Origin: Methanosarcina sp.
Lineage (GTDB): Archaea > Halobacteriota > Methanosarcinia > Methanosarcinales > Methanosarcinaceae
Direction of reading: 5' to 3'
Assembly: GCA_036504475.1 (NCBI GenBank)
Contig: DASXVB010000208.1
Location: 527 to 40,526, forward strand
DNA: 40,000 bases
Within the stretch, counting starts at the first letter, position 1. Each line of letters opens with the position of its first letter. The position numbers and the translations under genes were made by a program. Under the pieces are notes generated by a model. That model was given only the letters and a program-made list of their open reading frames with translations. It was not told the DNA's origin and ran no database searches. This document shows, in pieces, positions 20,001 through 28,478 of the stretch.

Positions 20001-20093
20001 AGAGTCTTGATAAAAACCACAAAATTTTGAGCCTTTCTTTCTCCTTTCTTCGGTCTCGATATATCCTCTACAAAATGCTTCTTTGTATTCCAT
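17007..20093 (-). CDS. polB: family B DNA polymerase (1028 aa) with a C-terminal HTH-containing extension
   Basis: All motifs are present: Exo I LVLDTETT, Exo II YNLPFDL, Exo III YLQGDVKATYDVY, motif A DFTSMYPSV, motif B KILSNALGYGIF, motif C YYMDTDSIF, and KxY as SSKRYVV. Confidence 0.92.
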   Translation of the reverse strand: MEYKEAFCRGYIETEERRKKGSKFCGFYQDSLKTSYPRLLVLDTETTTDCYQNLEVGYFEILENGELQENGFFYVPMPEKHAVINTRFTNLQNSLMQIPPSYKEIKILKEYAEEKNIPLYSTSEFIANIFLPECYGKETPCIGYNLPFDLSRIAGKAENTVKGDPRKGDILLSFPEFPTVPNIKIRRMGLAESISFSQAKCEEEMIDKKGRKRKIVVNNTDEKKKGYFFDCSHLVSVLFGSGTQHFTLKEACKMLKTEHQKLEVEKHGEITKEYLTYLQGDVKATYDVYVKVEEAIKNIGLKDLPFNRIYSGASIGKALFKQMGIKPFLDLNPEYPSDSLGRIMEAFYAGRVECKLRHEIKPSEVLDFTSMYPSVIVLIGLWDYMISNCYVEKEATEEIKEFVDSITLEKMQDPSIWKKMPAIVKVKPDNDILPLRTGYDENTEKTVGLENLSSDKCIWFTLCDVVASKLLTGKTPEILMAYKYEPGTKQNGLKSTKILGYKINPRKDNLIKFFVEERQKIKKEMKLLDEDSSEYSEKDGKQLGLKILSNALGYGIFVELNTQETEKELIVCRGEEKFTSFGRSEKEGKFFNPLIGTTITAASRLMLAIAEAKVKELGYSHYYMDTDSIFVPPEIAEEVSNFFNPLNPYENVSELLKIEDKFKGRVKDEETGLRTPQQFFLGISSKRYVVFARDENGVPDITRMEGKLHGLGHISNIFQIETEENKKWHPIMWRDIILYHEGILDETDIISKYGNKFEISKIGIRTPTVLYWFNQINSGKPYEERIKPYNFFLRGNSPNKDIMPIAPMSDNFQDMVNNPFIDAKTGEIKEGTEYFNRMDKTFFDYYNHPEAKFTGKRGLLKRREIFITGIKAIGKEIDQVKQFEELPEAEEDDVQVFEKLENLTEKVEIAWEKARRRGDVRNSDLSKIKKEIETYKTGLEKPTIKWVEESLKTLKRARKHLRGNYHLPTEKEKEIILGLSVKEVGKLGIPEQSLMDVKSKVRKNESLNLNCIVPAILVNYCKDILSVN

Positions 20094-20111
20094 AATTTAA
20101 CCTTCTTTGTA

Positions 20112-20429
20112 TCAATTTTCCAGTAATTCATTACTTACTACTTCTAACGTTTCACTCATTACTTTAAGCAAGGCTCCTGCACTTATTAAAGCAAATTTTT
20201 CTAAATCGCTTTTAGAAGCGTGTTTAGATCGTCTTTCTGGGGGGAGTTTATTTTGATAGTATGTCATTTTAAAATGGCAAAACGGGCAAACCAAAATTAT
20301 ACTAGGCGAATAATTTCTTCCTAAATAGTGATGTTTTTGTAAAGGAAGGTCACTTCTTCCGCAAGTCTGACATTTTTTATCTGGCATAATATGATTGAAA
20401 CACACGGTTTGGCTCCTTTGATCGTTCAA
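20112..20429 (-). CDS. HNH endonuclease (probable start at the internal ATG, 20387)
   Basis: CQTCGRSDLPLQKHHYLGRNYSPSIILVCPFCHFKM has the CxxC ... HH ... CxxCH His-Me finger pattern. It ends 19 nt upstream of the polB start. Confidence 0.8.
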   Translation of the reverse strand: MNDQRSQTVCFNHIMPDKKCQTCGRSDLPLQKHHYLGRNYSPSIILVCPFCHFKMTYYQNKLPPERRSKHASKSDLEKFALISAGALLKVMSETLEVVSNELLEN

Positions 20430-21060
20430 TTCCTTCTAATGTACTTTCTAATTTCCATTTCTTCCCATTAACATCTGTGACAGTTTTCATTTTGTATTTG
20501 TTGAGGATTTTTTCTTTTTCCTTCACCGTTTTTTTGCTTCCTAAAGAGTCTGTATCTCTTTTGTACTGTCTAAGAAGTGCTCGGTCTTTACTACTTCTTA
20601 TCCGAATGTATTCGGATTTACCTTCAGAATAAATTAGATTCTTAGTTTCAATTGAATCGGTTTTTCTTACACTCCATCTACCAGAATTTTTATTTTTATA
20701 GAGAGTATTACCCAGGTGTATCCTGACTGTTTTTTCTGAGATTCCCCTCTCCCCTATCTTCTTTTCATTTTTATTGATCTCTTTAATTGCTTTTTCGAGA
20801 GTAAGCTTACTGTCTGCTCGCATCATATTTGCGACTTGAAGTGCTTTAGTTCTTTCATATGTCTGATCCCCTAAGCTTTCCCAAGTTTTGGAGCTCAGAT
20901 CATAATCGGGTTTTTTTAAATCTCTTAAATCTTTTAGGCATCTATCTGGAAATATTATGTGTAGTTTTTCAATATGTTTTGCATATTTTGTTGTTCTATC
21001 GCCTCTTTTTAGCCAATCTCCAAACAATCTATCTTTAGGAGAAAATGCAGGTCTTGGCAC
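20377..21060 (-). CDS. basic hypothetical protein (227 aa), casposon core-associated
   Basis: GTG start preceded by ggagag. Lys/Arg-rich. It overlaps the HNH gene start, suggesting an operon. No motif recognised. Confidence 0.6.
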   Translation of the reverse strand: MPRPAFSPKDRLFGDWLKRGDRTTKYAKHIEKLHIIFPDRCLKDLRDLKKPDYDLSSKTWESLGDQTYERTKALQVANMMRADSKLTLEKAIKEINKNEKKIGERGISEKTVRIHLGNTLYKNKNSGRWSVRKTDSIETKNLIYSEGKSEYIRIRSSKDRALLRQYKRDTDSLGSKKTVKEKEKILNKYKMKTVTDVNGKKWKLESTLEGIERSKEPNRVFQSYYAR

Positions 21061-21248
21061 ATTAAATCACTCTCCTTCTTCTTTTTCTTCTGCTCTTAAT
21101 TTCTTCAAAATTTGACCATAGCCTACGCTAACCGAATAATTACAATCCTAGAAAGAATTAAGTCAAATCACGTTTTTTAAATCTCAATGTTCAAAAACAA
21201 TAATGCAATGAACTTCTGTTAATAAGTGTAATTTTATAAATTTCTCTT

Positions 21249-21425
21249 TTATCTCACTTCCTTAGGATTTAATCCATAAAACATTCTTCCGCAATTTTTA
21301 CAACGGAAAGTTTGTTTTCTTATTCCATTTTTTCCGATCCCTGCACTGCCTTTTATAATCTCAGTACTTCCGCAATATTTACAGCTCTTTGGCCTAATCG
21401 AATGTATATATCTTAATTTTTCCAT
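21249..21425 (-). CDS. zinc-ribbon protein (58 aa)
   Basis: MEKLRYIHSIRPKSCKYCGSTEIIKGSAGIGKNGIRKQTFRCKNCGRMFYGLNPKEVR has two CxxC pairs, as in transposase-type (InsA-like) zinc ribbons. It is below the ORF-track cutoff. Confidence 0.55.
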   Translation of the reverse strand: MEKLRYIHSIRPKSCKYCGSTEIIKGSAGIGKNGIRKQTFRCKNCGRMFYGLNPKEVR

Positions 21426-21770
21426 AACTGATCATCTTCTTTTATTTTTGGATTATTTGCTAATCACTTTATGCTTTATTCGGTATTTTACTTTATGTAT
21501 TATTTAGTATATTAACTTATGCTCTATTTACATACTAATTCACCTTATCAAAGATAAATAGGGTTTTATAGGGATTTTAAGGAATCCCCTGGACTCAATT
21601 TCTGATTTTTACAATTATTACACCTAATTTTAGAGAAAAATGCCTAATTTTTACTTATTTCACAATTGTGTATATGAAAAAGACTAAAATATATGTCTAG
21701 TAGTAATAGATGCATTATTACTTAAGGTAATAATAAAATTAAATATACATTTGAAATTATTTTTTTTGTC

Positions 21771-21809
21771 TTAACGGTTTTTTTGGAGGGGGGCTAAAAA
21801 AACCGTTAA
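21771..21809. repeat. perfect 14-bp stem hairpin ttaacggttttttt / aaaaaaaccgttaa with a G-rich 11-nt loop
   Basis: Read directly from the sequence. It lies in the non-coding stretch upstream of the zinc-ribbon gene. Confidence 0.6.
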
Positions 21810-22133
21810 TGAGTTTTCTAATATGTTAAACAAAAATGTGGGTTATTGGGATAAACCTACTACTATAGTCAAGAGGCTAAATAATGCAACTATTAGATGG
21901 ATTACAAAGTGATTTTTGTTGCAGCAATTATAGGCGTGACTATAGGTCATTTTGCTTCTAAAAAACAAGAAAGTTAAGCAATTATATAACAGAAAAAACT
22001 AAAAAACTTGATTTTATTAAACCTGAGTTTGAGGTTTTTAGGTTTGATTCTCAGGAAATTAGACAAAAAATCCTTAACATTCTTATGTTGATTGGAAAAA
22101 ACTAGGTTTTTTTCGAAGGGAACTTTACATTAT

Positions 22134-22349
22134 ATGAAACAAAATGCTAAAAGCGATAAGCCTTTCACTCTCAACAGCCATGTTTTAGAGAGAGTTAAAG
22201 CTTGGAAAACTTAGTTTCTAGGGTGACAGGTTAAGGTTTAAAAAGGTTAAGTTTTAAGGTTAGGAGCTAAGTTTTAGGGTTTGGGAGTCATGTTTAAGTT
22301 TGGGGTTAAGTTTTAAGGCAAAGGGTTAAAGAAAGAAAAAAACCTAAAT
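22134..22349 (+). repeat. ~215-bp duplicated module, copy 1 (mini-ORF plus GGTTAAG/TTTTAAGG iterons)
   Basis: It aligns with 22608-22820. It begins atgaaacaaaatgctaaaagcgataagcctttcactctcaac, continues through repeated ggttaag(t)tttaagg units, and ends aagggttaaagaaagaaaaaaacctaaat. Confidence 0.75.
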
Positions 22350-22607
22350 GTTTTTTTACAAAATGTTTTAAGCTTTCTAAAAAAACGTTTTTAACTTATT
22401 TTTTAGCTGTTTAAATAGATGTTTTTAAGACAAGTTTTCACAAATATGTCTTTCAACTTCTTTTAAAAACTTTAAACAACATTGCTCATGAATTTCTAAA
22501 ACCAAAATGAGTACTTTTTCTATAAATAATAAAATAAAAAGCCAATGTCCTAGCAGATTTGAGTTAAACAACAACCAAAAAGTTAGTCTTTTGAAGAATT
22601 TGCATTA

Positions 22608-22820
22608 GTGAAACAAAATGCAAAAAGTAATAAATCATTCACCCTTAACGGCAATATTTTGGAGATGGTTATGGCTTGGGAAAACTTAGTTTCTGGGGGC
22701 GAGGTTAAATTTTAAGAAGGACTTTAGGTTTTAAGATAAGGGGCTAATTTTTGGGAAACAGGTTTTAAAATGGGATTAAATTTTAAGGTTAAGGGTTAAA
22801 GAAAGAAAAAAAACTAAATT
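22608..22820 (+). repeat. ~215-bp duplicated module, copy 2
   Basis: It begins gtgaaacaaaatgcaaaaagtaataaatcattcacccttaac, has the same iteron block, and has the same aagggttaaagaaagaaaaaaaactaaat end. It is offset 474 bp from copy 1. Confidence 0.75.
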
Positions 22821-23042
22821 GAAATATGTATAAGCAAGAAGTCTATATCCAGAATTTAATACATGAGAACAGTAAGTTAAACATTAAACTTCTTTCTCAG
22901 AATCCGTGAAGTAATAAAGCTTTTTGAGATTTGATAATGCTTTGAGAACATGGAACTGTAGAGAAATTCCATAATATAGTTTTCAGCAGCGCTCCAACAA
23001 TCACAATGTTAGATGAATATTAATAGACTAACTTTTGTAGGC

Positions 23043-25811
23043 TCAATAGTTCCTATTTTCTTCCATCTCAGCTTTAATAGATTGAATATTTTGTTCACAT
23101 ATCTTGAAATGTGAATGACCACCACCAACTTTTTTTTCTAATATCTTAAGTGAGCGTTCAAGCAAAAACAAAGCTTTTTCGTACTCCTTCATTCTTGCAT
23201 AGAGTAGAGCGAGACCATTTAACGTTTCTGCAACGATAAGGTTTTCCAATCCAAGTGCCTTCTCGCGGATGTTAAGTGCAGGTATATAGAGTAAAAGTGC
23301 TGTTTCATAATCTTCCATTAGATAAAATACTCCTGCGAGAGCGTTTAGCGTTGCTGCAACATTAAGGCTTTCTGCTCCGAATATCTTTGTGTTGATGTCA
23401 AGTGTACGCATATAAAGCGAAAGCGCTGTTTCGTATTCTCCAGCTTTTATATAAAATCCTGCGATATTGTGTAGTTTTGTTGCAACTTCAGGGTGTTCTG
23501 GACCAAGTACTTTTTCAGATATTTCGAGTGCACGTATATAGAGTAAAAGTTCTTTTTCATACTCTCCCATTTTTTCATAAAGCATAGCAAGATTGTTTAA
23601 TATTTTTGCAGTATTGGGATGTTCAGATCCGAGCACATTTTCTATTATTTCGAGTGCACGTAGATAAAGTGGAAGAGCTTTTTCGTACTCTTCAAGATGT
23701 TCATATAGTAGAGCGAGGCCGTTTAGTGTGTTTCCAACATCAAGATGTTCAGGTCCAAGCACTTCTTCAGATATTTCGAGTGCCCGTAGATAAAGTGGAA
23801 GAGCTTTTTCGTATTCCCTTGTTTGAAAATATAGTCCTGCTAGATTGTGTAGTGATGTTGCAACGTGAAGTTTTTTTGATTCAAGCATTTTTTCAGTTAT
23901 TTCGAGTGAACGTATATAATGCAGAAATTCTTTGTCATGCTCTGCTATGTCTTCGTAGAGTGTAGTAAGATTCTTTAGCTCTTTTTCAGATATTTCAAGT
24001 GCTCGGATAAAGAGTGGAAGAGCGTTTTCATACTCTCCTGTGAGACAATATAGTCCTGCGAGATTATTTAGCGTTGTTGAAACGCAAGGGTGTTCAGAAC
24101 CAAACTCTTTTTCGGATATTTCTATTGCACGTATATGGAGTGGAAGAGCTTTTTCATACTTACCCATCTTTGTATATAGTATAGCGATATTACTTAATAT
24201 TTCAACAACTTTAGGTTCTTCCGGATTATTTCTGGTTTCCATAATCTGGAGTAACTCTTCATATATAGGGGTAATTAAGTGCCAAAAAGCTGCTCTGTCA
24301 AATGGATCTGAAGCAGCAATAAACCAATTATATAAATCTTTGGTTTCAAGCGTCTTTTTTGCGTGATAAAAGGCTTCTGTCATGGCTTTTTCATGTTCGA
24401 GGGTTATTTCTTTAATATCGATTTCCCTTAGTTTGCCATTATAATGCTCAAACATGAATTCATGGACACTTCTCCTTTCCTCAGGCTCGTTATGTTCTTG
24501 ATATTCTTGCCAGCTCTGCCTCATTAACCGGTGCATACTCCATTGACCTTTCTCTAATTCATCAATAAAAGAAAAACTATGAATCCTAGATATTTCATTT
24601 GGGGGACAACGTGTGAATTTTGTAACTAGAATATTCAATATCTCGCGATTCCAAAAGCGAGGCACAGAGAGAACTTTTATCAACGATTCTTTTCCCTCAT
24701 CTAGATATTTTATGAAACTGTTAAAAACCTCTTTTGGTACCTCTGCAAAATCACCTGGACACGGTTCTCTGATGTTCTTTATGCTTTTATAGGTGTCAAT
24801 TGAGAGATCCAAGTAATAAGGCACGCCAGCACTGCTATTGATAATAGCATCTTGGATATCATTCTCAAGGACACCATAGTATTTGAGCAAGTAACGAGCA
24901 TCTTCTTCTGGAAGGCTTCCAATCTCATGCGTTTCAATTAAATTTTCCCACATCAATTTTTCTTTGTCAGTATATTTTGCCCATTGGGGGGGTTCTTGTC
25001 CGCAAAGTACCCAGAGGCAGGAAGAAGAGAGAAGTTTTTGTATCAATTTTCTAATCCATTGATCTGCGGAACTTAATTTCGCCAGAGACCTGTCTTTTCC
25101 CCAGAGAGCCTCATAACTGTCTATAAAGATAACTGCCGCCTCAGATGTTTTTTGAAGATATTTATGTAAGTCATAAGCCCAGTAAAGATAAAGCCGCTTT
25201 TCAATTTCTGATGGTTCCATATTTACTAGTCGGGAAATTTCATCCGTATTTTCCAAAGCCCACTCACTGTATTTTTCCGGCAATTTCTTGACGAGGTTTC
25301 TTATATTTAATAGTAACTTTGTCGGATTAAACACACCACCAATGCTCGATAAGTCATCTCCAATATCAAGTAAGTGGGTAACGATGCTGTCTTTAGAATA
25401 GTTTTCTCGGTACAGAGGAACTCGTGGGTTTACTTTTTTCCAATAAAGAGCGTGTGCAATATCGAACATATGGAATCTGATACCATATTCATCCTGAAAC
25501 TGATCTCTCAATATTTCCAAGAATTTCTGAGGATGCCTAAACTCTTCAGTTTCAAAATTTACTGCTACCCATAAAATACTGGATTTTTTGTGCAACCCAT
25601 TATACTCTATAATTACTTTGGGTAGTTCTTTTCGTAGGCTTGTTTTACCTATACCAGCAACTCCATAGTAGATCAAAACGCTGCGTTCTTTTTCCTTTAT
25701 ATTTTCAAGGGCATTTTTGAAAGCCTGAATGAATTCCTCTCTATCTACAAAGGGTCTTTCTTCCCCTGAAATCCTTTCCTCTTTCTCGGAAAAAAATGAA
25801 ACAAATGACAC
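23043..25811 (-). CDS. STAND-type P-loop NTPase fused to a TPR array (922 aa)
   Basis: Walker A is YGVAGIGKTSL and Walker B-like is AAVIFIDSYEALW. The C-terminal ~390 aa consist of about 9 tandem TPR units (ALPLYLRALEISEKVLGPEHP.VA..LNNLA.LY). Confidence 0.85.
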   Translation of the reverse strand: MSFVSFFSEKEERISGEERPFVDREEFIQAFKNALENIKEKERSVLIYYGVAGIGKTSLRKELPKVIIEYNGLHKKSSILWVAVNFETEEFRHPQKFLEILRDQFQDEYGIRFHMFDIAHALYWKKVNPRVPLYRENYSKDSIVTHLLDIGDDLSSIGGVFNPTKLLLNIRNLVKKLPEKYSEWALENTDEISRLVNMEPSEIEKRLYLYWAYDLHKYLQKTSEAAVIFIDSYEALWGKDRSLAKLSSADQWIRKLIQKLLSSSCLWVLCGQEPPQWAKYTDKEKLMWENLIETHEIGSLPEEDARYLLKYYGVLENDIQDAIINSSAGVPYYLDLSIDTYKSIKNIREPCPGDFAEVPKEVFNSFIKYLDEGKESLIKVLSVPRFWNREILNILVTKFTRCPPNEISRIHSFSFIDELEKGQWSMHRLMRQSWQEYQEHNEPEERRSVHEFMFEHYNGKLREIDIKEITLEHEKAMTEAFYHAKKTLETKDLYNWFIAASDPFDRAAFWHLITPIYEELLQIMETRNNPEEPKVVEILSNIAILYTKMGKYEKALPLHIRAIEISEKEFGSEHPCVSTTLNNLAGLYCLTGEYENALPLFIRALEISEKELKNLTTLYEDIAEHDKEFLHYIRSLEITEKMLESKKLHVATSLHNLAGLYFQTREYEKALPLYLRALEISEEVLGPEHLDVGNTLNGLALLYEHLEEYEKALPLYLRALEIIENVLGSEHPNTAKILNNLAMLYEKMGEYEKELLLYIRALEISEKVLGPEHPEVATKLHNIAGFYIKAGEYETALSLYMRTLDINTKIFGAESLNVAATLNALAGVFYLMEDYETALLLYIPALNIREKALGLENLIVAETLNGLALLYARMKEYEKALFLLERSLKILEKKVGGGHSHFKICEQNIQSIKAEMEENRNY

Positions 25812-26107
25812 TGAATCGTCACTCCTTACTTTCTACGTAAGTCAAAAACATTGAAGACTTATGTTTGAGGTATTCTATAATACACTATCGAAATTAGCAG
25901 ATATTATAGTGAGTGTTTTAGTAAACTAATGAGAGATTTAATTGTATAGAAAATTAGGATCTCCAAGTTTTATGACAAAGTTTAAGTTTTAGAGAGAAAA
26001 CACATTCGAGCTAATGGTTTGATCTACTTTAGAAAAGAAGCCAACAACATTGAAAATCAGCCTTTGGACGTAGAAAAGCCACAGCTTTTCATTAATGTAG
26101 AAGAGAA

Positions 26108-26245
26108 ATGAACTTTATTTTGGCTTTAACCCCTGGGGAAATCCGAAAAACAGGGATCAAGCACAGGAGTGGATTAAAGTATCTAAAGGAAAAAGCGAGG
26201 GAGGGAAAGTTAAATTTTAATACGTCTGTTATGAAAAAATTATAA
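26108..26245 (+). CDS. small HTH ORF (45 aa) homologous to the PolB C-terminal tail; possibly a gene remnant
   Basis: MNFILALTPGEIRKTGIKHRSGLKYLKEKAREGKLNFNTSVMKKL aligns with PolB residues ..EIILGLSVKEVGKLGIPEQSLMDVKSKVRKNESLNLNCIVPAIL (IL.L...E..K.GI...S......K.....LN.N..V). It is on the opposite strand to polB. Confidence 0.45.
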   Translation: MNFILALTPGEIRKTGIKHRSGLKYLKEKAREGKLNFNTSVMKKL

Positions 26246-26321
26246 AATATTATAATTCTTGAGTATGTGAAACTTTAAGTTATACAACTGAGAATTTTTT
26301 AAAAAAAGAAAAATTAAAAAA

Positions 26322-26440
26322 ACTTGGAGTAGTCGCTTAAAATTCCAGGGCTTTTCCATGAGGATAGAGGAAAGTAATGTTTTTATTCAGAATAAGACTC
26401 CTTAAAGACGATAGAGCTTAGGCAAAATAAAGAAGTACCT
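26322..26440 (+). pseudogene. Cas1 N-terminal remnant (frameshifted)
   Basis: Frames read ..LKFQGFSMRIEESNVFIQNKTP* then LLKDDRA* then LRQNKEV. These parallel the intact Cas1 sequence LLLDGYGISLKVNDGKLIIKNGIPLTKDREEEIYCLQPNQKK. The spacing after the PolB-tail-like ORF is the same as in the intact polB-cas1 junction. Confidence 0.45.
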
Positions 26441-26831
26441 TAGATTGTTTGAAAAACTTTCCTCTGCTAATTTTTGATTTAATTAAAAATTCTTTTGCTT
26501 TTTCAAGATTGCTTTGAGTTCTTGCATAGTCAATTCATTGGTCATCGGTTAAGGAATTTTCTTGCCTGAAAGCTATCGATTTTGCACCTTAAGCCTGATT
26601 AAACTTTGGCCTTTTTACATGAAATCGATACCTTGTTCCAGTCCACAATATGTTAAAATTTATAACAACTGTTGTGGAAATGGAGGCAATTTGTCACGAT
26701 TCCTCACTTAACCGAAGACGCATGATAGTCAATTGGATATTTGTCAACAGTATAAGTACTGAAAAAAAGATGAATTCCAGCGTAGAGATCTCACAGCATC
26801 CTGTTGACTCTGAAAAGTTGTCAAGAAACCA

Positions 26832-28478
26832 TTATTTTTTTTCTATGTTTTTTCCCTTCCAGCTTTTTAACTGACGGATTTTCAAACTGGAATCAATGCA
26901 TTTAATAGTATTCGCATTAAGTCTATGTGGATAACATAACAAGAAATAATACATAAATTGTAGTTTGTCATTTACGACTTCTGGTGTAAGTAGATCTATT
27001 TTAGTTGCCTCAATAGTTAACTCGTTCCAGCTTTGAGGCATTTTGTAATCTTTCATACTTGTTTTCCCGTTATAGCATCGCCATAAGAATAAATCCGCTT
27101 TTAAATCAGGTTGAAATGTATACTTACAGATACGCGTAATTTCTTCCCACACTACTTCTAGTAAGTCTCTGCGCTTTCTTCTAACTAAGATATCAACCAG
27201 TGCTCCTAAGTGATAAGAAGAACCATGAAATGCCATCGAGTCAATTTCGACTTCAGAAATGCCATGCATTGAAGAAATTATCTCATTTGAGCTTATATAA
27301 GGACTCGGTATTCCTTTTCCCTTATAGTCATTTCCAAATGTTATTTCCGATATGATATCAGTAATTATCCTGTTTGACAATTCTTTGTCATTGAATTCTA
27401 AAGCTACTAAACTCATTATTATGAAGAAAGGTGTAGCTGACTCTCCCCAGTACCAAATTTTTTTAGGATATAGTCTCTTTATGAATTCATAGATCAGATT
27501 GTCAATTTCGTAGTTACTTTCAGTTTTATTTCTGAAAAGCTCATAAGCCGATAGCCAGCCAAGAACAATAGTTAACCTTGCTTTATATATCTCTCCTCCG
27601 TCACCAAATGGCATTCCTTCTAAATAATTTTCTTTAGAGATAAATTCCTTTTTTAACTCTTCTAATTGATTATTTATTTTTTGTAATATAATTTCATAAG
27701 ATTGGATCCAATCTTTTTCTGCTAATGAGAACTTTTCTATCAAATTAAACATATAACTGCAAAGTATAGTCCATCCCTCAATTATTGGAATATGATTTTT
27801 CTTGTTCTCATAAGGTTGTAAGACATATTGGGTCAATAGTATACTACTTGAAATCTTTCTCTTAATAGAAGGTTTACTATTACTTTTTGCAAACAAGATA
27901 GATTCAATAAAATTAGCATAGAGGTCTTTATTCAGAAATCCGTCCCCTTCTGAAAGAAATAACTCCAAAAATACTCGAAATTCTGAAGGTTCTACGGGCA
28001 GAAATGATCCATGAATTCCTAAAAACTTTTGAACTAATTCGGGGTAAATTATTGTATTAAGTTTTGGATATCCTTGTTGTTTATTTTTCAAGTTTATATC
28101 AGCAATATTTTTTATAACAGGTTCAGAAATTAATCCGTTAGTTACTAAAAAAGGTTTATGCTCAGCAGATATATCAACAGATGGATGATTTATGGGAATT
28201 CTAATTAGATCCATGATTTCTCCCTGTATATTTCTCCACTCAGCTGTTTTGATATTTCCACCTTTTAATTGGAATGCATGAACAGTTCCGTCCTTATCTA
28301 TCGAGATTATGTCCTTACCTTGTTCTATGGAACTATGAGATGAAATAGAAATTATTTTATGATTTTCAGAAATAAGATACTGGCAAAAGGGGATCTGATA
28401 ACCAATTTCATTGGTATTAGTCAACCAATTTTCGATTACTCTCTTTATCAATCCACTCTCTCCTTTTTCTTTCAACAA
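26832..28478 (-). CDS. hypothetical protein with a PD-(D/E)xK-like nuclease-fold N-terminus (548 aa; start uncertain)
   Basis: The N-terminal segment NEIGYQIPFCQYLISENHKIISISSHSSIEQGKDIISIDKDGTVHAFQLKGGNI resembles the E...GxD(I/V)(I/V)..D....h.(Q/E)xK core of Mrr/DUF4365-type restriction-fold domains. The remainder is helical. It overlaps the upstream 196-aa gene by up to 62 nt. Confidence 0.65.
   Translation of the reverse strand: MLKEKGESGLIKRVIENWLTNTNEIGYQIPFCQYLISENHKIISISSHSSIEQGKDIISIDKDGTVHAFQLKGGNIKTAEWRNIQGEIMDLIRIPINHPSVDISAEHKPFLVTNGLISEPVIKNIADINLKNKQQGYPKLNTIIYPELVQKFLGIHGSFLPVEPSEFRVFLELFLSEGDGFLNKDLYANFIESILFAKSNSKPSIKRKISSSILLTQYVLQPYENKKNHIPIIEGWTILCSYMFNLIEKFSLAEKDWIQSYEIILQKINNQLEELKKEFISKENYLEGMPFGDGGEIYKARLTIVLGWLSAYELFRNKTESNYEIDNLIYEFIKRLYPKKIWYWGESATPFFIIMSLVALEFNDKELSNRIITDIISEITFGNDYKGKGIPSPYISSNEIISSMHGISEVEIDSMAFHGSSYHLGALVDILVRRKRRDLLEVVWEEITRICKYTFQPDLKADLFLWRCYNGKTSMKDYKMPQSWNELTIEATKIDLLTPEVVNDKLQFMYYFLLCYPHRLNANTIKCIDSSLKIRQLKSWKGKNIEKK

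Noticed and set aside
23402-24366. Plus-strand ORFs 23402..23587, 23606..23965 and 24040..24366
   Set aside because: They are antisense shadows of the 922-aa TPR gene. The periodic TPR codon structure keeps the opposite strand open, and there are no motifs.
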